Of a DNA stretch of 64,000 bases, positions 1 to 10,717 are shown piece by piece. Made by a program: the position numbers and the translations under genes. Source of the stretch: Octopus sinensis (taxonomy: Eukaryota); the NCBI RefSeq assembly GCF_006345805.1, contig NC_043004.1:38750001-38814000 (forward strand). The letters are read 5' to 3'. The notes below the pieces were generated by a model, which searched no databases, was not told where the DNA came from, and saw nothing but the letters and a program-made list of their open reading frames with translations. Each line of letters starts with the position of its first letter. Positions within the stretch are counted from its first letter, which is position 1.

Positions 1-404
1 TCATGATCCTTCAATAAACAAACAGAGCTGTTATAAAGAAATATACAATGTTACACTCTAGAGAAAGTATAATATATAAAACTAAACAAATGTTTTGCTG
101 ATCGGAATGAGCAGTATGCTTTAAGATGATATATTCCAGAAAGTCCACATAACATCTTCAGAAATCATTTCCTCCCTCTGTAGCACTAAAAACATGGGGG
201 AAGTCGTATTGATATTAATATTCCTTGTCAGGCAGCATCATCTGGTTGAACATAGACTATTTCACACAGCATTTCTACATTCGTAGAAATGTTCACTATT
301 CAAAATAAACTACTAACTGTCTATGTTTCAAAAAAAAAAAATCATGTCATCATGTCATCATCATAAACTTTGTATGACTAAGGTTCAATGATAATTTAAC
401 TCAC

Positions 405-498
405 CTGTTAGATTCCGAAGATTCCTTAATGGTATCAAATGAATGTCGTCTTCAGAATAGGAGGACATATCACTTCCGCCGAAACATTTCATGAAATC
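405..498 (-). CDS. Internal coding exon of the predicted type II membrane protein (DFMKCFGGSDMSSYSEDDIHLIPLRNLRNLT)
   Basis: Minus strand: acceptor TTTTTCTTGAAG at 499-500 and donor CAG|GTGAGT at 404-399. The 94-bp exon is open only in phase 0, which matches the phase-0 donor of exon 2548-2960. It ends with an NLT sequon. Confidence 0.65.
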
Positions 499-547
499 CT
501 TCAAGAAAAAGATGTACATACAAAGATATTCGTATCCACATGGGCAC

Positions 548-596
<49 letters not shown>

Positions 597-644
597 ATAT
601 ATATATACACGGGTGTACATGGTTATGTATAGAATAATATATTC

Positions 645-860
645 TTTTCTATTCTAGGGAGAAGACCTGAAATTTTTGGGGAGTGGGGCCAGTCAATTAC
701 ATCGACACCAGTACGCAATTAGTACCTTAATTTATCGACCCCGAAGGGATGAAAGGCAAAGTCGACCTCGGCGGAACTTGACATCAGAACATAAGACAGA
801 CGAAATACCGCTAAGCAATCCGCCCAGCGTGCTAACGTTTCTGCTACATCGCCGCCTTAG
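645..860 (-). mobile_element. tRNA-derived SINE, family B (head TAAGGCGGCGA..., central GCCTTTCATCC-TTCGGGGTCGATAAATTAAG)
   Basis: Collinear with the copies at 53991-54560 and 51945-52140. Confidence 0.8.
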
Positions 861-953
861 TATAGAATAATATATTACTCAAAGAAATTCCAGCCTTGTC
901 TGATTTTTACATTTCATTTACAATCTTATGATGATATAGTATAAGATAATATA

Positions 954-1193
954 ATTCAATGAACTTATAGAATATTAAATATCCGTTCTGATTGAACTAG
1001 TACTTTCATGCATTAAACTATGCAATCTTCAGGTTCATGTAGTAGTGGTGACCGTTATGCTTTACAATTCATAACTGAAGTGAGATGGCTAACTGTCATT
1101 ACTACTACACGAGCCTGAAGATTGCATCGTTTAATGCATCAAAGTACTAGTTCAAACAGGATGGACATTTAGTATTGTATAAGTTCATTGAAT
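954..1193. mobile_element. MITE with about 100-bp terminal inverted repeats and TA flanks (Tc1/mariner/pogo-type)
   Basis: 952-1052 is the reverse complement of 1095-1195 with about a dozen substitutions. Spacer about 42 bp. TA at both ends. Confidence 0.75.
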
Positions 1194-1195
1194 TA

Positions 1196-1542
1196 GAGGA
1201 GGAGGAGACCCCCTTCGGTCATGAATGACCATGGGATTGCACCTAGAAAGTTACCCTCCGAGGCACAAGTCCGGGCAAGGTTTTTTATGGAAGACCAGCA
1301 GTCGCCCATGCATACCAGCCTCTCCTCTCCATGCCACTGATGTTATCCAAGGGAAAGGCAAAGACCGATGCAGCTTGGCACCAGTGACATCACAACTCAT
1401 TTCTACAGCTGAGTGAACTGAAGCAACGTGAAATAAAGTGTCTTGTTCAAGAACACAACACGCAGCCCGGTCCGAGAATCGAACGCACAACCTCACGATC
1501 GTAAGCTCGACGCTCTAACCACTGAGCCATGTGCCTTCACTG
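1196..1542 (-). mobile_element. tRNA-derived SINE, family C (CORE/V-like body), with 14-bp TSD AGTTCATTGAATTA
   Basis: A-box TGGCTCAGTGG and B-box GTTCGATTC on the minus strand. The direct repeat at 1182-1195 and 1543-1556 flanks the copy. A second copy is at 3295-3604. Confidence 0.85.
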
Positions 1543-1552
1543 AGTTCATTGA

Positions 1553-1655
1553 ATTATATTATATTATATTATATTATATTATATCATATCATATTATATT
1601 ATATTATATTATATTATATTATATTATATTATATTATATTATATTATATTATATT
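1553..1655. repeat. (ATATT)n pentanucleotide microsatellite
   Basis: Direct reading. Confidence 0.95.
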
Positions 1656-1929
1656 ATTGTAAGATTGTAAATAAAACGCGAAAATCAAAGTTGGAATTTC
1701 TTTCAGTAATATATGTGTGTGTGTGTGTGTATGTGGGTGTTTGAGTGAGTGTGTGTATGTTGGCGTGCATGTGTGTGTGTGAGTGTGCGTGTGTGTGTGT
1801 GCGTGTGTGTGTTTGTGCGCGTGTCCTTGATATTCGGGAATATATGGGATCAGCATCTTAAATCCTCTTATCGAAACAGTTATTAACTGAGATTGCCGTT
1901 CTGCTCTTTGGAAATATACATAGACATAC

Positions 1930-2113
1930 GCATACACACGCATACACATACACACATACACTCACACACACACATACACTCACACACACACACATACACT
2001 CACACACACACATACACTCACACACACACATACACTTACACACATACACTCATACACACCGATACGCAGCAATGCACACCGACTGATACACACCGACACA
2101 CACACACATCCAA

Positions 2114-2153
<40 letters not shown>

Positions 2154-2164
2154 ATCATTTTAAC

Positions 2165-2233
<69 letters not shown>

Positions 2234-2250
2234 CGTGGTGGTGGTGGCAG
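1930..2250. repeat. Compound microsatellite (CA)n-derived / (TA)n / (TAG)n / (TGG)n
   Basis: Direct reading. It is the source of several spurious ORFs. Confidence 0.9.
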
Positions 2251-2547
2251 TACTATCAGCAACTCGGAAAATAATATTTAGTAACAAGCAATGAAAAAAA
2301 AGACACATCACAATATAATCAACTAGCATTAAACAGCAAAATGAACTAAATATGTAACGGAAATTTACTAAAATATTAGTACACACTGACACAGGGCTTA
2401 GCAAATGGCGAAACAAAGTTTCATGTCATTTCCACCGGCTACCATCATATCAAACAACCAATTCTCCATTCATCCAACCAAAGATAGCTATCTGACTCAC
2501 ATGGGCAACTACAATACCGTGATTAGATATGCAATGGCTCCCCCTAC

Positions 2548-2895
2548 CGGACAACTACAGCCGTGCACTCGAATGGCTCCGGTGATTATCAGCGTGAGTG
2601 CAATACACATGAGTAGACATCCTGAACAGAGGACGACAAGTTCCCGTCGACGAAAGGGCAGGGAAAAATGTCTGTACGATATCTTGGGTACATATTTTTT
2701 GTGTGCGTTGAATTTGTTTTTGCCTCGGTAATATCCGTCTTCGTCTTCAGCAAATACCGGAATGTGATCGGGTCGTTCAACACGATCGGGTGTTATCAGT
2801 GATTCATACGTTGCTGCCGATGGCGTAACCAGGGATTCGTACGTCGCCGCTGATTGGTTCACATCTACTGACACAGTACCAGCGTCTTTCTCCAT
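2548..2895 (-). CDS. First coding exon of a predicted type II single-pass membrane protein (exon 2548-2960 including 65 nt of 5'UTR)
   Basis: Strong acceptor TTCTCTCCTCTTTTCTAATTTCAG at 2961-2962. In-frame TAA 18 nt before ATG 2895. 116 codons lead to donor CCG|GTAGGG (2547). RRR precedes the hydrophobic stretch ELVVLCSGCLLMCIALTLIITGAI. An internal 11-aa repeat has diverged almost only at synonymous sites. Confidence 0.8.
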
Positions 2896-3037
2896 TGCGC
2901 TGATTTCTGCTTATTTTGATGTCCGTATTTTCTTATTATTATTCTCAAAAAAAAATTTATCTGAAATTAGAAAAGAGGAGAGAATTTTAAACTATAGTAT
3001 ATATCACATAGTAAAAAAAAATAAGGAAGACTTCTTC

Positions 3038-3190
3038 AATATAGATAATGTCAACAGCATCATAAATAAATGTTTGAAAATATCATCACGCTGTAATATA
3101 ACACACGAGGCATGATATCGTAATCAGAACTATGTACAATGCAAACATAACATACAAAGCATAATGATCAGAACAAGACAAAGGCTGTGT
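3038..3190 (+). repeat. About 150-bp sequence duplicated at 7155-7307
   Basis: Ungapped match with about 8 substitutions, both copies ending in a (TG)n tract. Confidence 0.85.
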
Positions 3191-3294
3191 GTGTGTGTGT
3201 GTGTGTGTAGTACGTGATTGAAATCGTTATATTACTTTCTCTTTATCTTTTACTTGTTTCAGTCATTAGCATTTGCTGTGAAAAAAGCCCCACC

Positions 3295-3604
3295 TGCTCT
3301 ATCGGTCATGAATGACCATGGGATTGCACCTAGAAAGTTCTCCTCCAAAGTTGTTTATGGATGACCAACCGTCGCCTATGCATACCAGCCTCAACTATCC
3401 AGGCCACCGATGTTATCCCAGGGAAAGGTTAAAGGCTATAACATCTTGGCGCCTGTGACGTCGCAACTCATTTCTGCAGTTGTGTGAACTGGAGCAACGT
3501 GAAACAAAGCTCAAGAACTCAACACAGAGCGCTGTCCGAGCATCGAACTCACTACTTCATGATTTTGAGCCCGAAGCTCTAACCACTGAGCAATGAGCCA
3601 TCAC
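3295..3604 (-). mobile_element. SINE family C copy
   Basis: Collinear with 1196-1542. Confidence 0.8.
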
Positions 3605-3748
3605 ATTGATATGAAATAGGCTTGCATATATTTGTACGCATACATGCACCCACGCACACGTACACGTATATAGCCTCATAAGGATGGCTTACGGGATTTT
3701 GTGGCGTATATATGGCACTCCTGAATTGGACGCCGGTCCATCACAGGA

Positions 3749-4153
3749 TTACTCTCTTTTTACTCTCTTTTACTTGTTTCAGTCATTCGACTGCGGCTAT
3801 GCTGGAGCACCGCCTTTAGTCGAGCAAATCGACCACGGGACTTATTCTTTGTAAGCCCAGTACTTATTCTATCGGTCTCTTTTGCCGAACCGCTAAGTGA
3901 CGGGGACGTAAACACACCAGCATCGGTTGTCAAGCAATGCTTGGGGGACAAACACAAACACACACACACATATATATATACATATATACGACAGGCTTCT
4001 TTCAGTTTCCGTCTACCAAATCCACTCACAAGGCATTGGTCGGCCCGGGGCTATACCAGAAGACACCTGCCCAAGATGCCACGCAGTGGGACTGAACCCG
4101 GAACCATGTGGTTGGTAAGCAAGCTACTTACCACACAGCCACTCCTGCGCCTA
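3749..4153 (-). mobile_element. tRNA-derived SINE, family A, full length (head AGGCGCAGGAGTGGCTGTGTGGTAAG, CORE-like TTGGGCA-GTGTCTT, internal (TA)n(CA)n, tail (GAGTAAAA)n)
   Basis: More than ten collinear copies in the window. Pol III A/B-box-like head. Confidence 0.9.
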
Positions 4154-4288
4154 CTAGGATTACTAACTTTTTACCAAAAGGGTTGACTAGAACAAGTCGA
4201 TTTCTAGTGCTTTCCTCAAGAATGCAAAGCAAGAAATTGAGAATAATATGATCGTGAATGCAATGGCTAACGACCAAGTCACTCACCT

Positions 4289-4320
<32 letters not shown>

Positions 4321-4589
4321 ACAAACGCACTCACAAACACACAAACCCACATGTGTGCATATAAATTAACCTAGAGTTTCTCATTTTCCCCTTTTTAACA
4401 CGAACTTCAAAATCGCCTTGAAGAACCTAATAGAAAAGGGAGCTCAGAAGCTTAAAGAAAAGGAGCTTCAGATCTCACTCAATGATGAAATTCTGCTTTA
4501 TGTAATGATGACTTTTGATTTACTGTGTATAAATTCGCACATATTTCCACGCTGAGATGCATTATACCTCTTGTATTTCATTCTTCCTT

Positions 4590-5081
4590 TGTTTCAGGTA
4601 TTGAACTCTAGTCATGCAATGGCACCGCCTTCAAATGTTTTCGTCGATGAAATCAACGCCAGTACTTTATCTTGTTAAACCTGCTACTTATTCTATTGGT
4701 CGTACATAAATCAACACTGGTTGCGAAGAGATGGGTTGAGAAACACAAAAGCACGCACATACATATTTAAACACATAGGTATACGACAAGCTTCCTTGAT
4801 TTTCGGTCTACCAAATCTACTGATAGGTCTTTGGTCATATCAGGTCTGTAATGCCGCACTGTAACTGAACGCAAAAAACATGTGGTTGAAAAGCCACCTT
4901 ATTTTTTCTTTATTGCCCACAAGGGGCTAAACAAAGAGGGGACAAACAAGGACAGACAAAGGAGTTAAGCCGATTACATCGACCCCAGTGCGTAACTGGT
5001 ACTTAATTTATCGACCCCGAAAGGATGACAGGCAGAGTCAGCCTCGGCCGCCTTCTTACCACATAGCCATGTCTGCGCCTA
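4590..5081 (-). mobile_element. Old diverged SINE-A copy interrupted by a SINE-B-derived insert at 4901-5051
   Basis: The SINE-A body stops at ...AAAGCCACCTT (4900) and the head resumes CTTCTTACCACATAGCC...GCGCCTA (5052-5081). The insert carries the SINE-B central domain. Confidence 0.65.
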
Positions 5082-5459
5082 TATATCTTGTATATCATAC
5101 ATACATGGTGGCTTCCCCCTCGTTATCGAGTATGGCCATTGCACGAAGCTTAATCAATGTTGTTATCGTGCAATGCCTGTTCAAGAAGATATTTTTTTAA
5201 GTGAGGAAAGGCTGTGCACTGAGTCAATCCCACTCACTAAGCAACAGCAGCCATAATCCGAAAAGAAGAACAAGTCAACGTCATCGGTAACCACTGAGCC
5301 GCAGGTTTTATGTCGGAGTTATCCCAGTTATCTGAGTTGCCTTCTCCTAGAAGGATGCCCTGACAAAGGCTAGGAGTCCTTCACTCCCAATGGTTTAACT
5401 GCGCGATCGGGTATTCAATCCGATTATTTATATGTCCCCGCGCATGATACAGCTTTAAG

Positions 5460-5655
5460 ACATTTATTGGATGGTCGTTGACTCTCAAGAGTTCCTCCGC
5501 CCTTTGACGGGCTTTGTTTTCCATCCCGCAGAGTGACCAATAAACACCCTCCTCACCAACCTTGGTGGGGTTGCCGGTTTAGTCGCCGACGACCCGACCA
5601 TGCAACAAGTAGTACTGGGTTACATGTTACCAGTTGCACTCGAAAGTGACCTGAC
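5460..5655 (-). mobile_element. Probable RTE-like LINE 5' UTR fragment
   Basis: GC-richer block with GGCGACTAAACCGGCAACCCCACC on the minus strand, resembling RTE leaders. Recognised from memory only. Confidence 0.3.
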
Positions 5656-5700
5656 ATACATACATACATGCATACATAGCTACATACATACATACATATA

Positions 5701-5779
<79 letters not shown>

Positions 5780-7154
5780 CATACATACACACACTTACAC
5801 AGGTACACAGTATATACGTAAGTATGCATGAATGTATGAATGTATGTAGTGTCTGATATCACCATTTACTTGGTATATTTATAATATTTATATCAAGAAA
5901 GGACCGAATGCAGAGAACTGCTTTAATGATTTTATTATGTACTTCCTTGTCTCCTCATCGCCACCCAATTCATTTCCATCTTTATTATATTCAGTTCTCT
6001 TTCTACGTTTCTTAATTTAAGTTTTCTCTTTTTTAAAAAGCCAATGTCCAGAACATTTATGAGACTTCCTTTACCACTCGCCATTAAACACTATCTTCAG
6101 ATCTATTATAATATTATATATAGTTTATGTCACTCTATTCTTTGGATTTGGAATTTCATATATATTAAATATACAGCACCACATAATTCTAAGTTCAAGC
6201 AAATTTTCTTTATAAGAATTTTAACGTTGCCTTTCATCATATGCACAAGTTGTATGTATCTCAAATATCAATAAAAAACTTTCTCCTCTGGGTGATATTT
6301 TCTTGAAGATTATATAACATTACATGCGCAAAGAAGCGAAATCATGTTGATAAATGTTTGTACCCTCTCAATTTGCACATGAATGCTACGATTCTACAAT
6401 GGAAAGTTGCGAGATATTTGTGTAATTTTGTTGATGCCCATCACAAGTAAACACAAGTTCAAACAATATGTGCTATGGAAAGAAACAAACTGAATTTATA
6501 GAAGTAGAATATTATAATTATTTACAAGAAGAATGCTTGTTCTTTAAAACAAGGTTGAATATGCATATGGATGGGGTGGACGACTCAACAACATTTTGGT
6601 TTCTCCATGGACACAAGATAAGATTCGGGGGAATGATCTTTAGCTCTAACAAGAAGAAGTTCTTTCAACAGTTATATAAAACGAGGACAAACTGGCAGGT
6701 GTTTAATTTCAGTTGAAAATCCTCTGGATATTGCGTCATGTAACTTCGACGGCGCTTACTAGCCTCTAAGTGTCAAAGTGCATCCACGGACTAAGTCACA
6801 CATATGTGAGTTTTAGCATGATGAGACATGGAAAGACACTTCTTGGTAAGAACTCCTTGACGGAGGAATACCAACACACACTCGGAAATTTGCAAAATTT
6901 CATCAGATGAATCGACGTAAGCATATCATCTGAACATCATTACGGCCATAACCAGAAAACTACAAGGAGTTACCAATATAGATGGTCAAAGACAACTGCT
7001 TTGGACAAAATACCCATATAGTTACTCTTATTATGAAGTATAATTTTTTTTTGTACAGGAAAAAGAAACATCATGAAATTCTTGATTCGTAAAGAGGGAG
7101 ATGAGTGCAATCAAGTAAGCTAGATGTGAAAGCCAGTGCCAGGCATCTAAGAAT

Positions 7155-7307
7155 AATATAGATAATGTTAATAGCATCATAAATAAATGTTTGAAGATAT
7201 CATCACGCTGTTATATAAAACACGAGGCATGATATCGTAATCAGAACTATGTGCAATGCAAACATAACATACAAGGCATAATGATCAGGACAAGACAAAG
7301 GCTGTGT
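7155..7307 (+). repeat. Second copy of the 3038-3190 sequence
   Basis: Direct alignment. Confidence 0.85.
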
Positions 7308-7896
7308 TTATGTGTGTGTGAATCTGTGCTCGTGTGTTTGCGTAAGTGCCGTGTGTGCGTTTGTGTGTGTTTGTGTGTGCATGCTTTATATGCTATCTTC
7401 TACTTTTATACTAATACTGCAATAATGTAGTAATTTAAATTTTATTTTTAAGAAAGCCGATGTTCAAAATATATCTTATTTGAGTTTTGAGAATGATCGC
7501 TTTTTTTGTATAAGTACACTTAGACACGTATAAATATACAGAAATTCGGCTTCCATACGCACTTGAGTGACAAACTAACCTACATTCGGATATCAAAAAT
7601 TTCGTATAATATTTTCGTTATCTTATTTTAATTGAACTAAAAGTAGATCAATACTCACGCGATTAGTTGTATGCTCCCTACGCGCATCAAAACTCATACA
7701 CATAAACATACAAACACGCTCTGCGAGCACACGTACACGTGTATGTGTATATATGTATGAACATATGCATGTGGAACAGTGTTATATTTGATAAAACCAC
7801 AAACTGAAAATTACGTGCTCTGACATTTTTTTGTATGACATTTTAAAAGAATTTCTCATAAACATAAGGGAAGTCAAATTTTCAAACTCGTACATA

Positions 7897-8106
7897 TACT
7901 CTTTACTCTTTTACTTGTTTCAATCATTTGACTGCGGCCATGCTGGAGCACCGCCTTTAGTCGAGCAAATCGACCCCAAGACTTATTCTTTGTAAGCTCA
8001 GTACGTATTCTATCGGTCTCTTTTGCCGAACCGCTTAGTGACGGGGACGCAAACACACCAGCATCGGTTGTCAAGCAATGCTAGGGGGACAAACACAGAC
8101 ATACAA

Positions 8107-8204
<98 letters not shown>

Positions 8205-8366
8205 GACAGGCTTCATTCAGTTTCGTCTACCAAATCCACTCACAAGGCATTAGTCGGCCCGGGGCTATAGCAGAAGACACTTGCCCAAGATGCCACGCAG
8301 TGGGACTGAACCCGGACCATGTGGCTGGTTAGCAAGCTACTTACCACACAGCCACACCTGCGCCTA
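7897..8366 (-). mobile_element. SINE-A, full length, with expanded internal (TA)n
   Basis: Collinear with 3749-4153. Confidence 0.9.
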
Positions 8367-9487
8367 TATGTTAACACGTCTTTTATTTTATTTTCTTATC
8401 TGTCTCCCGAAGATTGGTGAGGAGATAGAATCGTAAACGCGTCGAACAAATTGCTCAGCGGCATTTCTTCAAACTTTTTATAATTTAAGTTTGAATTCCA
8501 CCGACGTCAACAGTGCCTTTCAACCTTCTTGACTTCCTTCTTCCTTCTCGAGTTCATTTTGCTGTTTAATGCTAGTTGATTATATTGTGATGTCTTTTCT
8601 TCTACTAGTATACGAAGTTAAAAAATTTTTAGTTACGTAGAAATTATGTAAAAAAACTGCCGTTCAAACCGAAAAGATCCCAATTCTCTCTCTCTCTCTC
8701 TAAATACAAATAAGTATAAACTCTAAGAAATCTTCTGAGACCTATTTTCACTTATTAAGTAAAGGACATGAATTCAGATATTTCAGGTAAAATAAGATGT
8801 ATAGAATGACGTACACAAGATCTCTCTTGGATGGAGAGAGAAAAGAAATACCTAGCAGCAAATGTTAGCAACTCTTGGAGAAAACTGTCGACGTTCTGTT
8901 GAATTTCAGAATTTAATTTGCATAAAATTTGACTTTCATGCTTAAGGGGAAATTATTTCTTTGTTACACGAGAAAATGGTAGCAAATGACGTTTTACTCA
9001 GATTAGCTTGCATCATTAAGTGTAGCTTTCTCAAAATAGTCCATTCAGCAAAAATGAATGTTTACTAGTTTGAGCAGTTTGGGCAGGGAGTAATGAAAAT
9101 ATTTAGAAAGGTGCGTTGTGGAAATTATCTCTTGTAAATCACTAGCATTAATGTTAATTGTGCAAATAGTTTCTGAAATGTGGAATAACGTGTGCAGATG
9201 TTATCACCCATACACGCTTGTTCTTCTCAACAGGTTGTTTATTATATCTTGCATAAAACTAAACTTAGTAGAGGAGTGGATTCGTGTTCGAAAAAATAAC
9301 CGAATTCAAGGCACAAACATGTATATATATATATATATATATATATATTCACAACGGCCTCGAACACACAAGTGCAAACAAGGGAGACAGAGAAAGGCAG
9401 AATGCCACTTATATTTGAACACTATACAAATATTCCTTTAAAAAAACTTTTCTTTTAATTTTTCTAAATTTAATTATTTAATCGTTA

Positions 9488-9525
9488 CAGTTGAAAAGGT
9501 CTCAAAATGACCGAAACCGGTACTG
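9488..9525 (+). ncRNA. Minimal type I hammerhead-ribozyme-like motif (Penelope pLTR type)
   Basis: CAG-TTGAAAA-GGTC(tcaaaat)GACC-GAAA-CCGG-TA-CTG: stem I CAG/CTG, stem II GGTC/GACC, palindromic stem III ACCGGT, GUA site, core with U3/A8 in place of C3/G8. Confidence 0.55.
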
Positions 9526-9576
9526 AAATGTTCTTTATAAAATTATTTTAGCATTTTCTATTTTGACTTGTTTTTT

Positions 9577-9588
9577 CATATATATATA

Positions 9589-9664
<76 letters not shown>

Positions 9665-9677
9665 GTATATATATATA

Positions 9678-9726
<49 letters not shown>

Positions 9727-9770
9727 CATATATATATATATATATACATATATACACACATATATATAGG
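9577..9770. repeat. (TA)n microsatellite
   Basis: Direct reading. Confidence 0.95.
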
Positions 9771-9932
9771 ACGGGCTTCTTTCAGTTTCCGTCTACCAAA
9801 TCTCTCCACAAGGCTTTGGTCGGCCCGAGGCTATAGTAGAAGACACTTGCCCAAAGTAACAAGCAGTGGGGCTGAGTATAGAACCATGTGCTTGAGAAGC
9901 AAGCTTCTTACAACACACCCACGTTTGCGCCT
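9771..9932 (-). mobile_element. SINE-A 5' half (head plus CORE-like part), directly downstream of U6
   Basis: AGGCGCAAACGTGGGTGTGTTGTAAGAAGCTTGC...GAAACTGAAAGAAGCCCGTC on the minus strand. Confidence 0.85.
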
Positions 9933-10045
9933 AAAAATATTGAACGCTTCACGAATTTGCGTGTCATCATTGCGCAGGGGTCATGCTAGTCTTCTCTATA
10001 TCATACCAATTTTAATATATATATATATACTGCTGAAACAAATAT
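9933..10045 (-). pseudogene. U6: Full-length U6 snRNA pseudogene
   Basis: Minus strand ...TAAAATTGGTATGATATAGAGAAGACTAGCATGACCCCTGCGCAATGATGACACGCAAATTCGTGAAGCGTTCAATATTTTT matches U6. The ACAGAGA box is mutated to ATAGAGA. Mostly transition changes, plus a small TA expansion. Confidence 0.92.
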
Positions 10046-10717
10046 ATGTAAGCATAAATTATGAATAAGATGATCTGTTTAATATAACCTGTGGTTAAAG
10101 AACTAAACGAGCACGAGAAGTGTTGAACTAGTTTAGACTGGTTCTTGGGGTTATATCACGTGTGTCTACTTATGTTCGTCCAGTAAAGATTCCAAGCTGC
10201 GCAGAAGTACTTATAAAAAATGCTATGTATACTAGGCATAGCAGTATATCAGTCTGTTCGCCTGTAGCGAGTATAAAATATATTCATTCAAATATTAAAA
10301 CAATGCTTGCGCGCGTGTGTATGTGTGTGTGTGTGTGTTTGAGTATCTGTATGAGAAAGAGAGAGAGAGAGAATAACTTGTGATCGATCGATTATTGTTG
10401 TATACATTGAAAGCCAGATGGTATAATGATGATGAAAAGATGATGGTTTTCTTTCAATTCATGAGTTACGTTTGTGTGTTTGTGAAAGTCTGTGTGTTTC
10501 TGACTGTATGTGTCTATGTGTCTTTGTATGTTTTATTTTGTTTTACTGCTCGCTTACATAATCGCTAAGAGCAAAAATATTAACAAATCTTCGTTTTCAA
10601 ATTTAATCAGTAACTGATAACGTACCAAAATATATACTGTCTGGAAATTTAAACAAAAAAGGTTGTTGATATGTCTTTGCCTGAATATATTCTTTTTTTT
10701 TATTTGTATTTTATTAG

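Noticed and set aside
121-185. Possible terminal coding exon (TTTTTAG|TG..., VLQREEMISEDVMWTFWNISS*) giving a protein of about 168 aa
   Set aside because: Phase-compatible, but other nearby AGs also give quick stops, there is no polyA signal and no homology. The gene may continue beyond the window.
405-498. LRR interpretation of IPLRNLRNLT
   Set aside because: Only a partial LxxLxxL pattern at an exon end. The next exon is unknown.
6380-7040. Non-repetitive, coding-looking block (ORF 6468-6716)
   Set aside because: Stops in all frames and no recognisable domain. Probably a decayed transposon.
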